A DNA stretch of 64,000 nt from Spirochaetota bacterium. Lineage in GTDB: Bacteria > Spirochaetota > UBA4802 > JAGODF01. The stretch lies in assembly GCA_026419015.1 (NCBI GenBank), contig JAOAAF010000001.1:28283-92282 (forward strand), given 5' to 3'. Each line of letters starts with the position of its first letter. Positions within the stretch are counted from its first letter, which is position 1. Of this stretch, positions 27,668 to 37,646 are shown in pieces. Below the pieces are notes generated by a model that saw only the letters and a program-made list of their open reading frames with translations, made no database searches and had not been told where the DNA came from. The position numbers and the translations under genes are program-made.

Positions 27668-30600
27668 TTATTCCATAATAATTTTTGAAACTTCAACGAT
27701 ATATCGTTTATACGCATTTGCGAGCATTTTGCTCACGGTATTGATGAGTTCTTTATCGCTCGACCGTTTCAGAAGATATTTGTTTACTTCGTTGAGATCG
27801 TTTTTCAAAATTTTCCCAATATTCTCCAATGCTTGTGCGTAAGCAATCGCGGTTGGGTTTCGTTGTCCCTTTTTTTGTTTTTTTAGTTCTTCTTCGAGTT
27901 TTTGTTGTATTTTTTTCCTTTCCTCTTCTTCATTAATAAATTTTTTTAGAATGTTTTCTGCAATCGAAAGAAAGTTAATTTGAGTTACTAACTCATTTTT
28001 CAAATTCCAAAACAAAATCTCATCAAAAAGGATAGGGGGAAGTGGTATTGCATGAAAATTATTTTTCACTTCGAAGGATGTTTTGTCATCTAATATGATG
28101 CGATTTTTGAGAAACATTTTATTTTTGTGTATATAATGATCGATATCGAGAAACAACATATCTCCGCGTAAGAATTTTTTTTCATCAGTAAACAGGTTTG
28201 CGCAAAAAGTAAATTTTTCTTTCAAAGATCTTTTGAGATTAATTGTTTCCAAGTTGCTTTTTATTCGCAACATTGCGTGACAGGCAGCATTGGGATCTGT
28301 ATAATAAGCAACGAGAATATCTTTTCCCATCATTGTGACTGTTCCTTTTGTCATGTTAATTTCTTCTACCACCTGTTCGCGTAATGTTTCCAACATCAAT
28401 GCGGTTTTTGTGATGCCAGATTTCCCAAGAGTAGTTGAAAGATCCGAAATTTCAATAGCCAGGATAGTAATTTTTTTTGTCTCAATTGTTTTTACATATC
28501 GTTCGTCATCAATAAGTTTCAGGGTTCTACTTCCTTCAAGCAATGTCGAATCTGGTGATTCAAACTTTTTAAAAATATTTACAATGAAATGATCTATGTC
28601 GGTGAGTTCTTCCTCTGGGAGCGTTCGAAGAGCGGAGATGATATCTGAAGAGATCCCATAATCTTCTTTTAAAAGGGAAATAAGGAAATATGAAAACTCA
28701 ACCGATTTTAATTGGGTCATAACTAACAAAATTTCCCTTTGAATGGTTTTATTTTTAATTACCATCATATCTCTCATTGCCCTTAAAGCATCTCGATTGC
28801 CGAGGCTTATTAAGAGTGCACACGCATAGATTCGTATTTTAATTCCTGGTTCCTTTAAGTACTCTTGGAGAAAGCCGATTACATGCCGTTTATTATACGA
28901 ATCTGACATTTCAATAATATATCCCATAGATAATACCACGGCTTCTTTAACTTCATTTTTATCAAATTTACGAAAGATTGAATCTAAATATTCTAAATCG
29001 CTTTCAAACCCGCACTTTCCTAAGCAAATAATTGCAAGCGTAATGATTTCCGGTTCTTGATTTTTCTCAATAACCATCTTGAAAGTTTCTGCTGCTGTTA
29101 CATTTGCGCGAAGGTCGCGGCGCAATATTATTTCCAAAATTTCTAATATAATGTCTGTTGGCTGATCGGCATGCTCCCGAAGATAATCGAGTAATATATT
29201 AAGCGATCGTGAGTCGGAAAATTGCGAAATAAGCGAAATTGCTTTCTGATGATCCGCCAACTCCCCCGACAAAAGCATTATTTCGAGTTCACCAAGCATG
29301 TACGAATAGTTTAAAACAGACAGGCATCTGGTAACCGCTTCAGCAATTTCTTCGTCGACATATTTTTTTACATAGTTATAAATTTTAACTAAGATAGATG
29401 CCGCGCCCGTAATCCCAAGTCGTCCTATTATTTCACAAAGCCTTGTAATTTTATGGCGCAAATACTTTTTTTCGAAATTAATATCTTCGAGCCGAACAGC
29501 TGACAATTCTCTCGAACGCGGATCAGCATCGTAAAGGATTTCAACTAACATTGAGAATTCTTCGGTTTCGTTTGTGCCCATGAAATGAATATTGTGCGAC
29601 AGATCTTCAAGCAGGCGCTGAATGTGCGATTTGTCTTGGTTTCGAAGGTAATGAATGATTCGTTTTTTTATTTCAGGGCTGTAGCGCTCAAGGATGTACT
29701 GGCGTATTTGTTGGAAATTCTCTGGGAAATCTTTTTCGGTTACACTTGTGATCATAAATTCTTTTCTATAGACTTCAAAAAAGGTTTCCAATGTCACAGT
29801 GAGATAATTGAAAATTTTATCGCGCATAAGGGAATTTTTTCGCGTTTCTGGGATAGTTGTAAAATATTTTTCAAAAATATCTGCTATGAGAGAATTATGC
29901 CGCGATATTTGAACGGATAAAGAAATAAGGCTTTTAAAGAGCGAATCGGGATCGCGGATTTTTTCTATATTTGCATAGATTGTATAAAGTACGTTTTCGA
30001 CGAGATCGGGATTGTCAGAAGTAAGTGCTTTCATGATGTAAATTAATGTTTCGCGGTGATTGCATCCGAGCATTGCATTTATGAATTCGACTTTTACTTT
30101 TGTAGAGTAATTATCGAAATGCGATGTCATTTTTCCGAGAAGCACGCGAACGCTAATAATTGCTTTATCTTCAGTTTCAGGATTATAGCTGAACATTTCG
30201 TCTTCTTCGCTTTTAGTTGTCTTCGCAGGATTTAAAGTTTTTTCCGAAAGCAACGCAAGCGATTTGTACACCGCCCGTTGTATCTCGTCGCGGTTCTCTT
30301 TTAACAGCTCCTCCATTTTTGAAATGTCATTCCAAAAAGCGCCAGCAATTATTGCAGCAGCGCGTATGCTTTCGGGAACCTCAGTGCTGAATGAAAGCCG
30401 TTTAAGAAACTCTACTGTCGATGGATCATCGAGCCCTTTTAATCCTAAGACTTTGCATGCGCGGATTGCAATGTAAGGATCGCTATCTTTCGCATGCTTA
30501 TTGCATAATTCCTGTATGAGCGGTAAATCTTCTTTTGTGGCGTATTTTTCAAAGTAATCAAATACATGTGTCATTTCAACATTTGTAAGTTTGGCAGATA

Positions 30601-30829
30601 ATAATTCGCGGAATACCTTTTTGACTTCATCGCTGTTGGAGTTTTTCAATTCGCATATCGCGCTTTCTCGAAAAAGAGGATCTTTATATACGTCGTTAAT
30701 GAGAATTTTCATTCCTTCTTGAGACTTTTTTAATCCCAAAATTTTATGCAATGCGATTCGTTCATACGGCGAAAGCTTAAATCCTTTACTAATTTCGAGT
30801 TTAATTGATTGCAAAATATCGGTGGTCAT
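27668..30829 (-). CDS. Large cytoplasmic HEAT/armadillo-repeat protein with a C-terminal degenerate class III cyclase-homology-like domain (pseudo-cyclase)
   Basis: Residues 1-750 are helical-repeat rich (repeated L..L..D.d..vR..A...LG patterns). Residues about 780-900 (nt about 28130-28480) read KITILAIEISDLSTTLGKSG...GDEI...GKDILVAYY, resembling the cyclase core (VAVFFSDIRSFT...GDAIMAVWG) but lacking the conserved metal-binding and transition-state residues. Confidence 0.6.
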   Translation of the reverse strand: MTTDILQSIKLEISKGFKLSPYERIALHKILGLKKSQEGMKILINDVYKDPLFRESAICELKNSNSDEVKKVFRELLSAKLTNVEMTHVFDYFEKYATKEDLPLIQELCNKHAKDSDPYIAIRACKVLGLKGLDDPSTVEFLKRLSFSTEVPESIRAAAIIAGAFWNDISKMEELLKENRDEIQRAVYKSLALLSEKTLNPAKTTKSEEDEMFSYNPETEDKAIISVRVLLGKMTSHFDNYSTKVKVEFINAMLGCNHRETLIYIMKALTSDNPDLVENVLYTIYANIEKIRDPDSLFKSLISLSVQISRHNSLIADIFEKYFTTIPETRKNSLMRDKIFNYLTVTLETFFEVYRKEFMITSVTEKDFPENFQQIRQYILERYSPEIKKRIIHYLRNQDKSHIQRLLEDLSHNIHFMGTNETEEFSMLVEILYDADPRSRELSAVRLEDINFEKKYLRHKITRLCEIIGRLGITGAASILVKIYNYVKKYVDEEIAEAVTRCLSVLNYSYMLGELEIMLLSGELADHQKAISLISQFSDSRSLNILLDYLREHADQPTDIILEILEIILRRDLRANVTAAETFKMVIEKNQEPEIITLAIICLGKCGFESDLEYLDSIFRKFDKNEVKEAVVLSMGYIIEMSDSYNKRHVIGFLQEYLKEPGIKIRIYACALLISLGNRDALRAMRDMMVIKNKTIQREILLVMTQLKSVEFSYFLISLLKEDYGISSDIISALRTLPEEELTDIDHFIVNIFKKFESPDSTLLEGSRTLKLIDDERYVKTIETKKITILAIEISDLSTTLGKSGITKTALMLETLREQVVEEINMTKGTVTMMGKDILVAYYTDPNAACHAMLRIKSNLETINLKRSLKEKFTFCANLFTDEKKFLRGDMLFLDIDHYIHKNKMFLKNRIILDDKTSFEVKNNFHAIPLPPILFDEILFWNLKNELVTQINFLSIAENILKKFINEEEERKKIQQKLEEELKKQKKGQRNPTAIAYAQALENIGKILKNDLNEVNKYLLKRSSDKELINTVSKMLANAYKRYIVEVSKIIME

Positions 30830-31150
30830 ATCAACCTCATGGATTGCATTGGTTTATTGTAAAAGAATTAAATTTTATAAAGTTGTCAATTATAAAGTGA
30901 AATTGTTTTTTTAGCTACAACAAAGCTACTTTCATGTGTGGAAATTAAATCGCAACTTATTTTAACTGGGATAGTAGATTGAAAAATTTCTCATCGCTTT
31001 GTGTGTGGATAATTTTTAAAAAATAGTTTGACGAGAGCATTTGTTTCTCATTATATTTATCGAGTTATAGAAACTGTAAAAATTGTGATTTCCATAATGT
31101 GCTTTTTTTTAAAAAATTAATTTATTTAAAGAAAGGAGAGGAGTGTTTTT

Positions 31151-32389
31151 ATGAAAAGGCTAATTGCGATGTTTACATGTATCGTTCTCGTTGGTGTTGC
31201 TTTCATAAGTTGTGGAGGAGGAGGGAGGCAGACGACGAGACAACAACCGACGCCTGTAAATAATGAAATGGTCGGTGAAGCAGAAGGCATGGCAATGATA
31301 TTTGATGGCGATAAAGCACTCGCGCGAGATCGCGCGATTGACGATGCCATGAATAAGCTCGTGAAAATGAAACTTGGCACTACGGTGGAGGGTCGTTCGC
31401 TGGTACAGGACTTTGCTCTCGTTGAATCTATCATTGAAGCGAGTTCTACAGGGATGGTTCGTAACTGGTCGGTTATAAAAGAGCGCGCTGAAAGCGATGC
31501 GTATTTCGTTACAATTCGCGGGGAGGTATATCCTGCCGCGGTGAACGAAACCATTGAAGCGACGTTGCGAAATTATGGGAGGCCAAAGTTTATGATTTTG
31601 ATTAAAGAATCGTTCGATGGGGTTATCAAAGATCCTGGTGAAACAGTTAGCGAACATGCGATGATGGACATTATGGGGAATGCGGGATTTGAATTTGTCG
31701 ATTCCAACATGACAGCTGAGCTCATAAAAAAAGAACGCGCGCGCATGGGAAAGGCGATTGAGGGGAAGATTGGTGAAGACGTTCAAGAACTGTTGCTGGA
31801 TGATTTGGGTGCAGAAGTGGTAATAATTGGTACCGCAAAGACATCTGACCAAACTGCTGTAATTTCTGGAATTGCTAAAAATATGAAATCGAAACAGGCA
31901 AACATTATGCTTAAAGCGATTGATGTCTATACGGGGAGAGTCCTTGCCTCTAAAGTACACAATGCAGCAGGAGCTCACATCGATGCCGAAACTGCATCGA
32001 AAAATGCAATTGTGAATTGCCTTTCGAGCAGGCAAATGCTTGGGAAAAACGATGATGAAGGAAAGTTTGTTTCTGGCGATTTTATGAATCAGATTACCCG
32101 CCAATTTTTGAAATCGGCAACAAATCGGTTAATCATGATGACAGTCTCGGGATTGAATTTTAACGATATGACAAAATTCCGCGATGCACTGCAGGGTAGA
32201 GTGCGGGGCGTAAGCAAAGTATACCCGCGTGGGCAGGTAGGTGCTGCAGCAAAAATTGAAGTCGAATTTGCAGGCAAAACGCACGATTTGGCCCAGGAAT
32301 TGGTCGCGAAGGCTGATAAATTCGGATTTACAATTGAAATTAAAGAGCAAAAACCAAACAAACTGGTAATACACGCCAGAAAAAATTAA
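31151..32389 (+). CDS. Lipoprotein with three tandem LPP20/CsgG-like (putative periplasmic scaffold) domains
   Basis: The lipobox is LVGVAFISCGGGG. The first domain has the pattern VGEAEGMAMIFDGDKALARDRAIDDAMNKLVKMKLGTTVEG...VRNWSVI...YFVTIRGEVY, LPP20-like. The RBS is GGAGAGGAG. Confidence 0.5.
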   Translation: MKRLIAMFTCIVLVGVAFISCGGGGRQTTRQQPTPVNNEMVGEAEGMAMIFDGDKALARDRAIDDAMNKLVKMKLGTTVEGRSLVQDFALVESIIEASSTGMVRNWSVIKERAESDAYFVTIRGEVYPAAVNETIEATLRNYGRPKFMILIKESFDGVIKDPGETVSEHAMMDIMGNAGFEFVDSNMTAELIKKERARMGKAIEGKIGEDVQELLLDDLGAEVVIIGTAKTSDQTAVISGIAKNMKSKQANIMLKAIDVYTGRVLASKVHNAAGAHIDAETASKNAIVNCLSSRQMLGKNDDEGKFVSGDFMNQITRQFLKSATNRLIMMTVSGLNFNDMTKFRDALQGRVRGVSKVYPRGQVGAAAKIEVEFAGKTHDLAQELVAKADKFGFTIEIKEQKPNKLVIHARKN

Positions 32390-32418
32390 AACATTCGCCG
32401 TGTAAGCGTTAAAATAGA

Positions 32419-32452
32419 AAAGAGCGCCAGCAAAACAGTTGGTGCTCTTTTC
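32419..32452 (+). terminator. Probable intrinsic terminator after the lipoprotein gene
   Basis: AAGAGCGCCA, loop, TGGTGCTCTT (one G-U pair), followed by TTTCT. Confidence 0.45.
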
Positions 32453-32531
32453 TACCTTTAAAAATATATACAACTTACGTCGCGTTAAAAAGCGTTAGCT
32501 AAATCAATCGGCACGCATGAATTCGTTTTGC

Positions 32532-33146
32532 TCAAATCCCTGCTTTTTTGTAGCCATCTGCCAAACACGTATTCACATGCACCACTCCCTTGTTTAGCGA
32601 TTTAAATATGTAATCATCAGTGATTTTTGGAAGCGCGTCTGCATCTTTTTGATTTTTCAACACCGTACCAGCTGGTACGTAGTGCCCATCGGCAACCGTT
32701 ACGCCGAGCAAAATGCATTTCGGCTCTACTACGCAATTTTTCCCTACTTTTGATTTAAATACAAGCGATTGCATGCCAATGAAGCTCTCATCGCCAACAT
32801 ATGCGGGACCATGAATTTGTACCTGATGGGCAAGTGAAACGCGCGTGCCGATGTATACGGCATATTTTTTCCCCTCAACCTCAACCAGATTTTTTTCTAT
32901 TGTAGTACCATCTTTTTCTGTTTCCAGCGCATGGATGATAACGCCATCTTGCACATTGGATTCATCGCCAATAAAAAGCGGTTGACCTTCGTCGCCGCGC
33001 ACAGATGCAAAAGGCGAGACAAATACGCGCTTGCCTATTTCCACGTTGCCGATTACCGCAGCTAAAGGATGAACGTATGCAGTGGAATCAATGCGCGGTT
33101 CGCTTTCTTTTGAACAAAAATCGGTAATTACGTTTTTATGAATCAT
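32532..33146 (-). CDS. Hexapeptide-repeat (left-handed beta-helix) protein, gamma-carbonic-anhydrase/PaaY-like
   Basis: The hexapeptide repeats are IDSTAYVHPLAAVIGNVEIGKRVFVSPFASVRGDEG...IGDESNVQDGVIIH. ATG at 33146 has a strong RBS AAGGAG; the ORF-track start at 33200 is further upstream. Confidence 0.7.
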   Translation of the reverse strand: MIHKNVITDFCSKESEPRIDSTAYVHPLAAVIGNVEIGKRVFVSPFASVRGDEGQPLFIGDESNVQDGVIIHALETEKDGTTIEKNLVEVEGKKYAVYIGTRVSLAHQVQIHGPAYVGDESFIGMQSLVFKSKVGKNCVVEPKCILLGVTVADGHYVPAGTVLKNQKDADALPKITDDYIFKSLNKGVVHVNTCLADGYKKAGI

Positions 33147-33231
33147 TGCGCAACTCCTTATTAAAATGATGGAATGGAAATTGTATTTCATAAACGCCAC
33201 CGATTGTTTTTTTGTAAAGCATTTTAATAAT

Positions 33232-34866
33232 TTATGCCTGATGTTCTTTTTTTATAATTGTCGCTTCATACGGAAAAAGCTTTTCAGTGGGGTGAAATTG
33301 TTCCCCTATTTTTCGATGCGTTGACAGCGCGACATTCCAAACGCCGTCTATATTGAGCGTGCAGGTGCGCGGAAAGCGAGTAAAATTGAGTATAATGCAA
33401 CACGATTCGTTTTCAGCGCATCGCAAATACGAAAGCAGGTCGTGCCCAGCATTGAGAAACGAAAGAGTACCGTAGCGAATCGCGGTGCTCTTTTTTCGGA
33501 ACGCAATGAGGTCTTTGTAAAAATTCAAAAGCGAACTTGGTTCGCGAAGTTGAATTTCTACATTTTTTTCTCTAAAGTTGCGTGCAATGGGAAGCCATGG
33601 CTCTACGGAAGAAAATCCGGCAAATTGGGTGCTGTCCCATTGCATGGGAGTGCGTTCGCCATCGCGACCGGGATTAAAAGGCCAGTAGCGCTTCCCCACA
33701 GGATCCTGAATGCGCGATTTTGGGATGCGAACATTTTGCATGCCAATTTCTTCGCCGTAGTAAATAAAGGGAGTGCCCCGCATGGTGATGAGCAGCATCG
33801 CAATCACGCGCGCTCGCTTTTCCCCATCATCGCCCGTGCTGTAGCGCGTGAAGCTTCGCACTTGATCGTGATTTGAAAATACCGTGCAGGGCCATCCTTT
33901 CTCTGGAATTCGTTCGTGATATGCGCGCAGGCGATTTTCAAAAAGCTTTGCATCCCACTTTGTATCCATGAACGAGAAATCAAACGCTAAGTGGAGCGCA
34001 TTGGTGCCATCGCCCAAGTATTTTGCTGCCAAAGCGGGATTCGGTTTTTCTGCAACGACTTCCCCGACCATCATGCGCGCATCGTATTTGTCCAAAAGGG
34101 CGCGCCATTCGGATAAAAGTTCCAACAGTTCGGGACGATCTCGATCGTAGATGTGTTTTTGCAAATCGTAAGGGCGTGGGTATTTCCCAATGCCAAATGG
34201 ATTTGAGCGGAATTGATCGTCTTTAATAAAGAAATTCACTACATCGAGTCGAAAGCCATCAATGCCTTTGTCGAGCCAGAAGCGAACTTCGTTAAACATG
34301 GCTTTTTTGAGTTCTGGATTTCGCCAGTTTACATCGGGCTGTTCTTTTAAAAACGAATGCAAATAATATTGCCCCGTTTTTTCGTCCCATTCCCACGCGC
34401 GACCGCCAAAATATGCCATCCAGTTGTTGGGATATTTCCCTTTTTTATTTCCCTGCCAGATATACCAGTCGCGCTTCGGATTGGTGCGCGATGAGCGCGA
34501 TTCCACAAACCACGGATGCAAATGCGAAGTGTGGTTCATCACCAAATCCATGATAATGCGAATGTGGCGGGCGTGCGCTTCGTCAATAAGCCGTTCGAAA
34601 TCTTTCAACGTGCCAAAAACGGGATCGATTCCGCGGTAATCGCTCACATCGTATCCAAAATCGTACATGGGACTTTTGTTGATAGGCGAAAGCCAAATGC
34701 CCACAACGCCCAAATCTTGAAGGTAATCGAGCTTTTGAATAATTCCCGAAATATCACCAATGCCATCGGCATTGGAATCCATAAAGCTTCTCGGGTAAAT
34801 TTGATAAATTACTCCTTCTTTCCACCAGAAAGAATAATGCGGCGTGTCGTGTAAGTGTTCGTTCAT
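33232..34866 (-). CDS. GH13 alpha-glucosidase / oligo-1,6-glucosidase / trehalose-6-phosphate-hydrolase-like enzyme
   Basis: The GH13 conserved regions are VIYQIYPRSF, DLVMNHTSHLHPWF, GIDGFRLDVVNF, GEVVAE and FSNHDQVR. Confidence 0.85.
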   Translation of the reverse strand: MNEHLHDTPHYSFWWKEGVIYQIYPRSFMDSNADGIGDISGIIQKLDYLQDLGVVGIWLSPINKSPMYDFGYDVSDYRGIDPVFGTLKDFERLIDEAHARHIRIIMDLVMNHTSHLHPWFVESRSSRTNPKRDWYIWQGNKKGKYPNNWMAYFGGRAWEWDEKTGQYYLHSFLKEQPDVNWRNPELKKAMFNEVRFWLDKGIDGFRLDVVNFFIKDDQFRSNPFGIGKYPRPYDLQKHIYDRDRPELLELLSEWRALLDKYDARMMVGEVVAEKPNPALAAKYLGDGTNALHLAFDFSFMDTKWDAKLFENRLRAYHERIPEKGWPCTVFSNHDQVRSFTRYSTGDDGEKRARVIAMLLITMRGTPFIYYGEEIGMQNVRIPKSRIQDPVGKRYWPFNPGRDGERTPMQWDSTQFAGFSSVEPWLPIARNFREKNVEIQLREPSSLLNFYKDLIAFRKKSTAIRYGTLSFLNAGHDLLSYLRCAENESCCIILNFTRFPRTCTLNIDGVWNVALSTHRKIGEQFHPTEKLFPYEATIIKKEHQA

Positions 34867-34995
34867 CGTACATGCTCCAGAGCAGTTTTTTTAAAAATAC
34901 AAGCATTGAGAGATGGGTGTCAATTATTTATTGAAAAATGGTTGCACGATGCGTACGATGTTTGTGCATATACATTATATTTTACGAGAGATGGG

Positions 34996-35505
34996 ATGCT
35001 AACCATGCGTGCAATCTATGAACGTCGAAGCATTCGAAAGTTTACAAATGAACCTGTAGATGAGGCATTGCTGATGGAATGCATTAAGGCAGGCATGAAT
35101 GCCCCTTCTGCGGGAAACCAGATGCCATGGGAGTTCATTGTGATAGACAAAAGAGATTTGCTCGATGCGATTATGAAAATCCATCCGCATTCATCGATGC
35201 TGGAGACGGCGACAGTTGCGGTGCTGGTGTGTGGTGATTTATCGAAAGAAACGCGCAAAGGGTATTGGGTACAAGATTGCGCTGCCTGTACGCAAAACAT
35301 TTTGCTAGCGATCGCGTCGGTGGGACTTGCAGGAGTGTGGCTTGGAGTTTATCCGCGCGAAGATCGCGTGAATGGAATACGAGAACTTTTCAATTTGCCA
35401 GCGCACATTGTGCCGTTTTCGATTGTGCCAGTTGGTTACGCGGCAGAAAAAAAAGAGCCAAACAATAAGTTTTTTCCCGAGCGAATTCATCGAAATGGTT
35501 GGTGA
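34996..35505 (+). CDS. Nitroreductase-family (NAD(P)H-flavin oxidoreductase) protein
   Basis: The N-terminal motif is RAIYERRSIRKFTNEPVDEALLMECIKAGMNAPSAGNQMPWEFIVI; the ORF-track upstream starts give a non-conserved extension. Confidence 0.75.
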   Translation: MLTMRAIYERRSIRKFTNEPVDEALLMECIKAGMNAPSAGNQMPWEFIVIDKRDLLDAIMKIHPHSSMLETATVAVLVCGDLSKETRKGYWVQDCAACTQNILLAIASVGLAGVWLGVYPREDRVNGIRELFNLPAHIVPFSIVPVGYAAEKKEPNNKFFPERIHRNGW

Positions 35506-35510
35506 TATTT

Positions 35511-36146
35511 TTATTCGATGAATTTCTCTCTCCCGTTGCAATAAAGTTTCATGCCACCGCAGTCGAGAATTGCGACGAGGCCGTCCAAATAGGCAGGTGT
35601 TCCCACGTCTTCGTGTTGGATGCCAAAATAATATTCCCGCAGGCACATAATATTCCAGTCGTGCGAGACGTTAACGTATGAGGCGTCGCCGCGTTCAAGC
35701 TGGATTCGTAAAATCGCTGCCTGCTGTTTTGCCGAAACATCTAACGGGGCAATAAGCGTCTCAGGGAGTTTCCCGTCAAACCACGCGCGTACAAATCCGT
35801 TAAATCCTCTTTTGTCAATTTCAGAAACGATATCGGACCAGTGGCCAGTGATATATGGTCCACCGAGTTCCACGAGGGAACCGTTTATTTGTGCAGAACT
35901 CCCGCTTTCGATAATGCCTTCTGCAATTTTTTCAGCTGTTTGTTTGCATCGTTGGACGGGGCTATGATTGATGATGAAATTCCCAAAGCGGGCAAGCGTT
36001 TTACCAAGCAATACTGCTTCTTGTTTCCCTTTTTCGGTAAGTAGCGCTTCGAGTGCGCGAAATGTTTCGGTAATTTGTTCGCGTTCCGCGTGCCGTATGA
36101 TGAGTGCAAAATTGGTATTTGGAGCCAAATTTGGTAACGAAATCAT
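35511..36146 (-). CDS. Histidine phosphatase superfamily (phosphoglycerate-mutase-like / SixA-like) protein
   Basis: The catalytic RHG-type motif is FALIIRHAEREQI. Confidence 0.7.
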   Translation of the reverse strand: MISLPNLAPNTNFALIIRHAEREQITETFRALEALLTEKGKQEAVLLGKTLARFGNFIINHSPVQRCKQTAEKIAEGIIESGSSAQINGSLVELGGPYITGHWSDIVSEIDKRGFNGFVRAWFDGKLPETLIAPLDVSAKQQAAILRIQLERGDASYVNVSHDWNIMCLREYYFGIQHEDVGTPAYLDGLVAILDCGGMKLYCNGREKFIE

Positions 36147-36180
36147 AATTTTTTTGGTAAAATTTTAATGTTTCAAATTT

Positions 36181-37059
36181 TCAATATGATCCTAACCCTA
36201 CAATTTTTTTAAAATTGCCGCCAAGAATTTTTTGTTGCATTTCTTTTGATGGAAATAATTTTTCAATACGGCGTTTAATGAACGAAAAATCGAATTTGCC
36301 ATCTTTATCGGAAAACCCATAAGGACCATCGGTACCGTAAAGGCATCGGTCAGCACCAAGATATTTCACCACGCTTTTTGTTACCGCTTCGCTTACGTAC
36401 GATGTCTGTGAGAGATCGACGAAGACATTTGGATTATTTTTTATTTTTTTCCACGTCGATGAATATCCGGGAAATGCCGCATGTGCAAGGATTAGTTTTA
36501 AATCGGGAATTTTTTTAATGAGTTCGAAAAAATCCCCATGTTCATCATAGCCTGCATGGATGAGAAGCGGCTTGCCTATATTTGAAATAATCTTTGCGAT
36601 GGGAATAAGTTGTTTCGGTGGATAACGATGCCAGAAAGGATGAGCCTTTACGCCAATGAATTGTGGATGTTTTATCCACTTATGGACTTCTTCAATGGGA
36701 TCAATAGAAGAGTTAGGGCGAACAAAAACCCATGCAAAAAAGCGTTTGGGAAATTTTTCTGCTACTTCGAAAACTTGTGAATTGTTAGGGTGATGGTAGA
36801 TTTTATATGTTTTGCCTGAGATTTTGATATCTCCATCTGTAGTAAAGTTTTCCACAAAAACTCTTGCAAGCCATTGAGTAAATGTATGCGAAAGAAGCGT
36901 GTTCAAAATTTTTACGAGAAGAACGGGAGGTTCTTTAAATGGCTCATTCATCGCTGCCATCAAGGCTACTTTATCTATACCCGATGCATCCATTCTTTGT
37001 ATCATTTCGTCAATTGAGAAATACCGAGTATCTAAATGATAATGGCAATCTATAATCAT
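36181..37059 (-). CDS. Amidohydrolase-2 family metal-dependent hydrolase
   Basis: The N-terminal metal-binding motif is MIIDCHYHLD. A C-terminal conserved His (ILAHAAFP) and Asp (YGTDGP) are present. The RBS is GAGGAA. Confidence 0.7.
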   Translation of the reverse strand: MIIDCHYHLDTRYFSIDEMIQRMDASGIDKVALMAAMNEPFKEPPVLLVKILNTLLSHTFTQWLARVFVENFTTDGDIKISGKTYKIYHHPNNSQVFEVAEKFPKRFFAWVFVRPNSSIDPIEEVHKWIKHPQFIGVKAHPFWHRYPPKQLIPIAKIISNIGKPLLIHAGYDEHGDFFELIKKIPDLKLILAHAAFPGYSSTWKKIKNNPNVFVDLSQTSYVSEAVTKSVVKYLGADRCLYGTDGPYGFSDKDGKFDFSFIKRRIEKLFPSKEMQQKILGGNFKKIVGLGSY

Positions 37060-37115
37060 TTACAATTCCTCATAATGCAACATTGCGAGGTAACATTTCG
37101 CATTGGGATTATATA

Positions 37116-37146
37116 GATTAAAACCTCCACGATGCTCGAGGAGGTT
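37116..37146 (-). terminator. Intrinsic terminator immediately downstream of tRNA-Ala (minus strand)
   Basis: On the minus strand the 7-bp stem AACCTCC / GGAGGTT has an 11-nt loop and is followed by TTTAA. It sits 16 nt after the tRNA 3' end. Confidence 0.5.
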
Positions 37147-37161
37147 GTGTGCCAATCGATA

Positions 37162-37234
37162 TGGAGCTGATGGGATTCGAACCCACGACCTCTAGAGTGC
37201 GATTCTAGCGCTCTCCCATCTGAGCTACAGCCCC
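37162..37234 (-). tRNA. tRNA-Ala (anticodon CGC)
   Basis: The reverse complement reads GGGGCTGTAGCTCAGATGGGAGAGCGCTAGAATCGCACTCTAGAGGTCGTGGGTTCGAATCCCATCAGCTCCA. It has a G3:U70 pair, D-loop AGCTCAGATGGGAGAGC, anticodon loop AUCGCAC and T-arm GGTTCGAATCC. CCA is not encoded. Confidence 0.85.
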
Positions 37235-37300
37235 TTGTATCAACGCTCAGTGCAACTGTGCGCACAAAAGCATAGCATTTTTTTGAAGGCAAGCACTTTT

Positions 37301-37516
37301 TTATTTATGTTGTTTTATGCAAGTCGTTCGGCATGCACGCCGTTTTTCAGAACAATACGTTGCTTTCTTTTTCTTCGCTAAGCAGTTTTTATAGTTCATA
37401 TCGCAATTTCGCACGCATCGGTCAACGCGCGAAGTGTGTGTGCCTTGCGCAAACGCGAAAATCGGAACGAAAAGCAAAAGCGAAATTACCACTCGTGCAT
37501 ATGTTTTTTTTATCAT
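37301..37516 (-). CDS. Small (71 aa) secreted Lys/Cys-rich protein of unknown function
   Basis: ATG at 37516 has a strong RBS AAGGAG. The signal peptide is MIKKTYARVVISLLLFVPIFAFAQG. The 45-aa mature part has 6 Cys (CVRNCDMNYKNCLAKKKKATYCSEKRRACRTTC) and is highly basic. Confidence 0.45.
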   Translation of the reverse strand: MIKKTYARVVISLLLFVPIFAFAQGTHTSRVDRCVRNCDMNYKNCLAKKKKATYCSEKRRACRTTCIKQHK

Positions 37517-37646
37517 TGCTATACTCCTTTTTATCGTACATAATAAAATGCTTTCCTGTGAATTTATGAAAATTTGTTCGAATATGTTCAAATTTCAATC
37601 TGAAACGTGCGAGAAAAGAATTGTTGTTTAAATTAATGTGCGCCAA

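Noticed and set aside
31160-32104. 314-aa ORF on the minus strand
   Set aside because: It is entirely antisense to the well-supported lipoprotein gene at 31151-32389 and has no recognisable motifs; a spurious shadow ORF.
37060-37300. Possible integrated element at tRNA-Ala
   Set aside because: No integrase, no direct repeat of the tRNA 3' end and no compositionally distinct genes flank the tRNA. The neighbours are ordinary metabolic genes.
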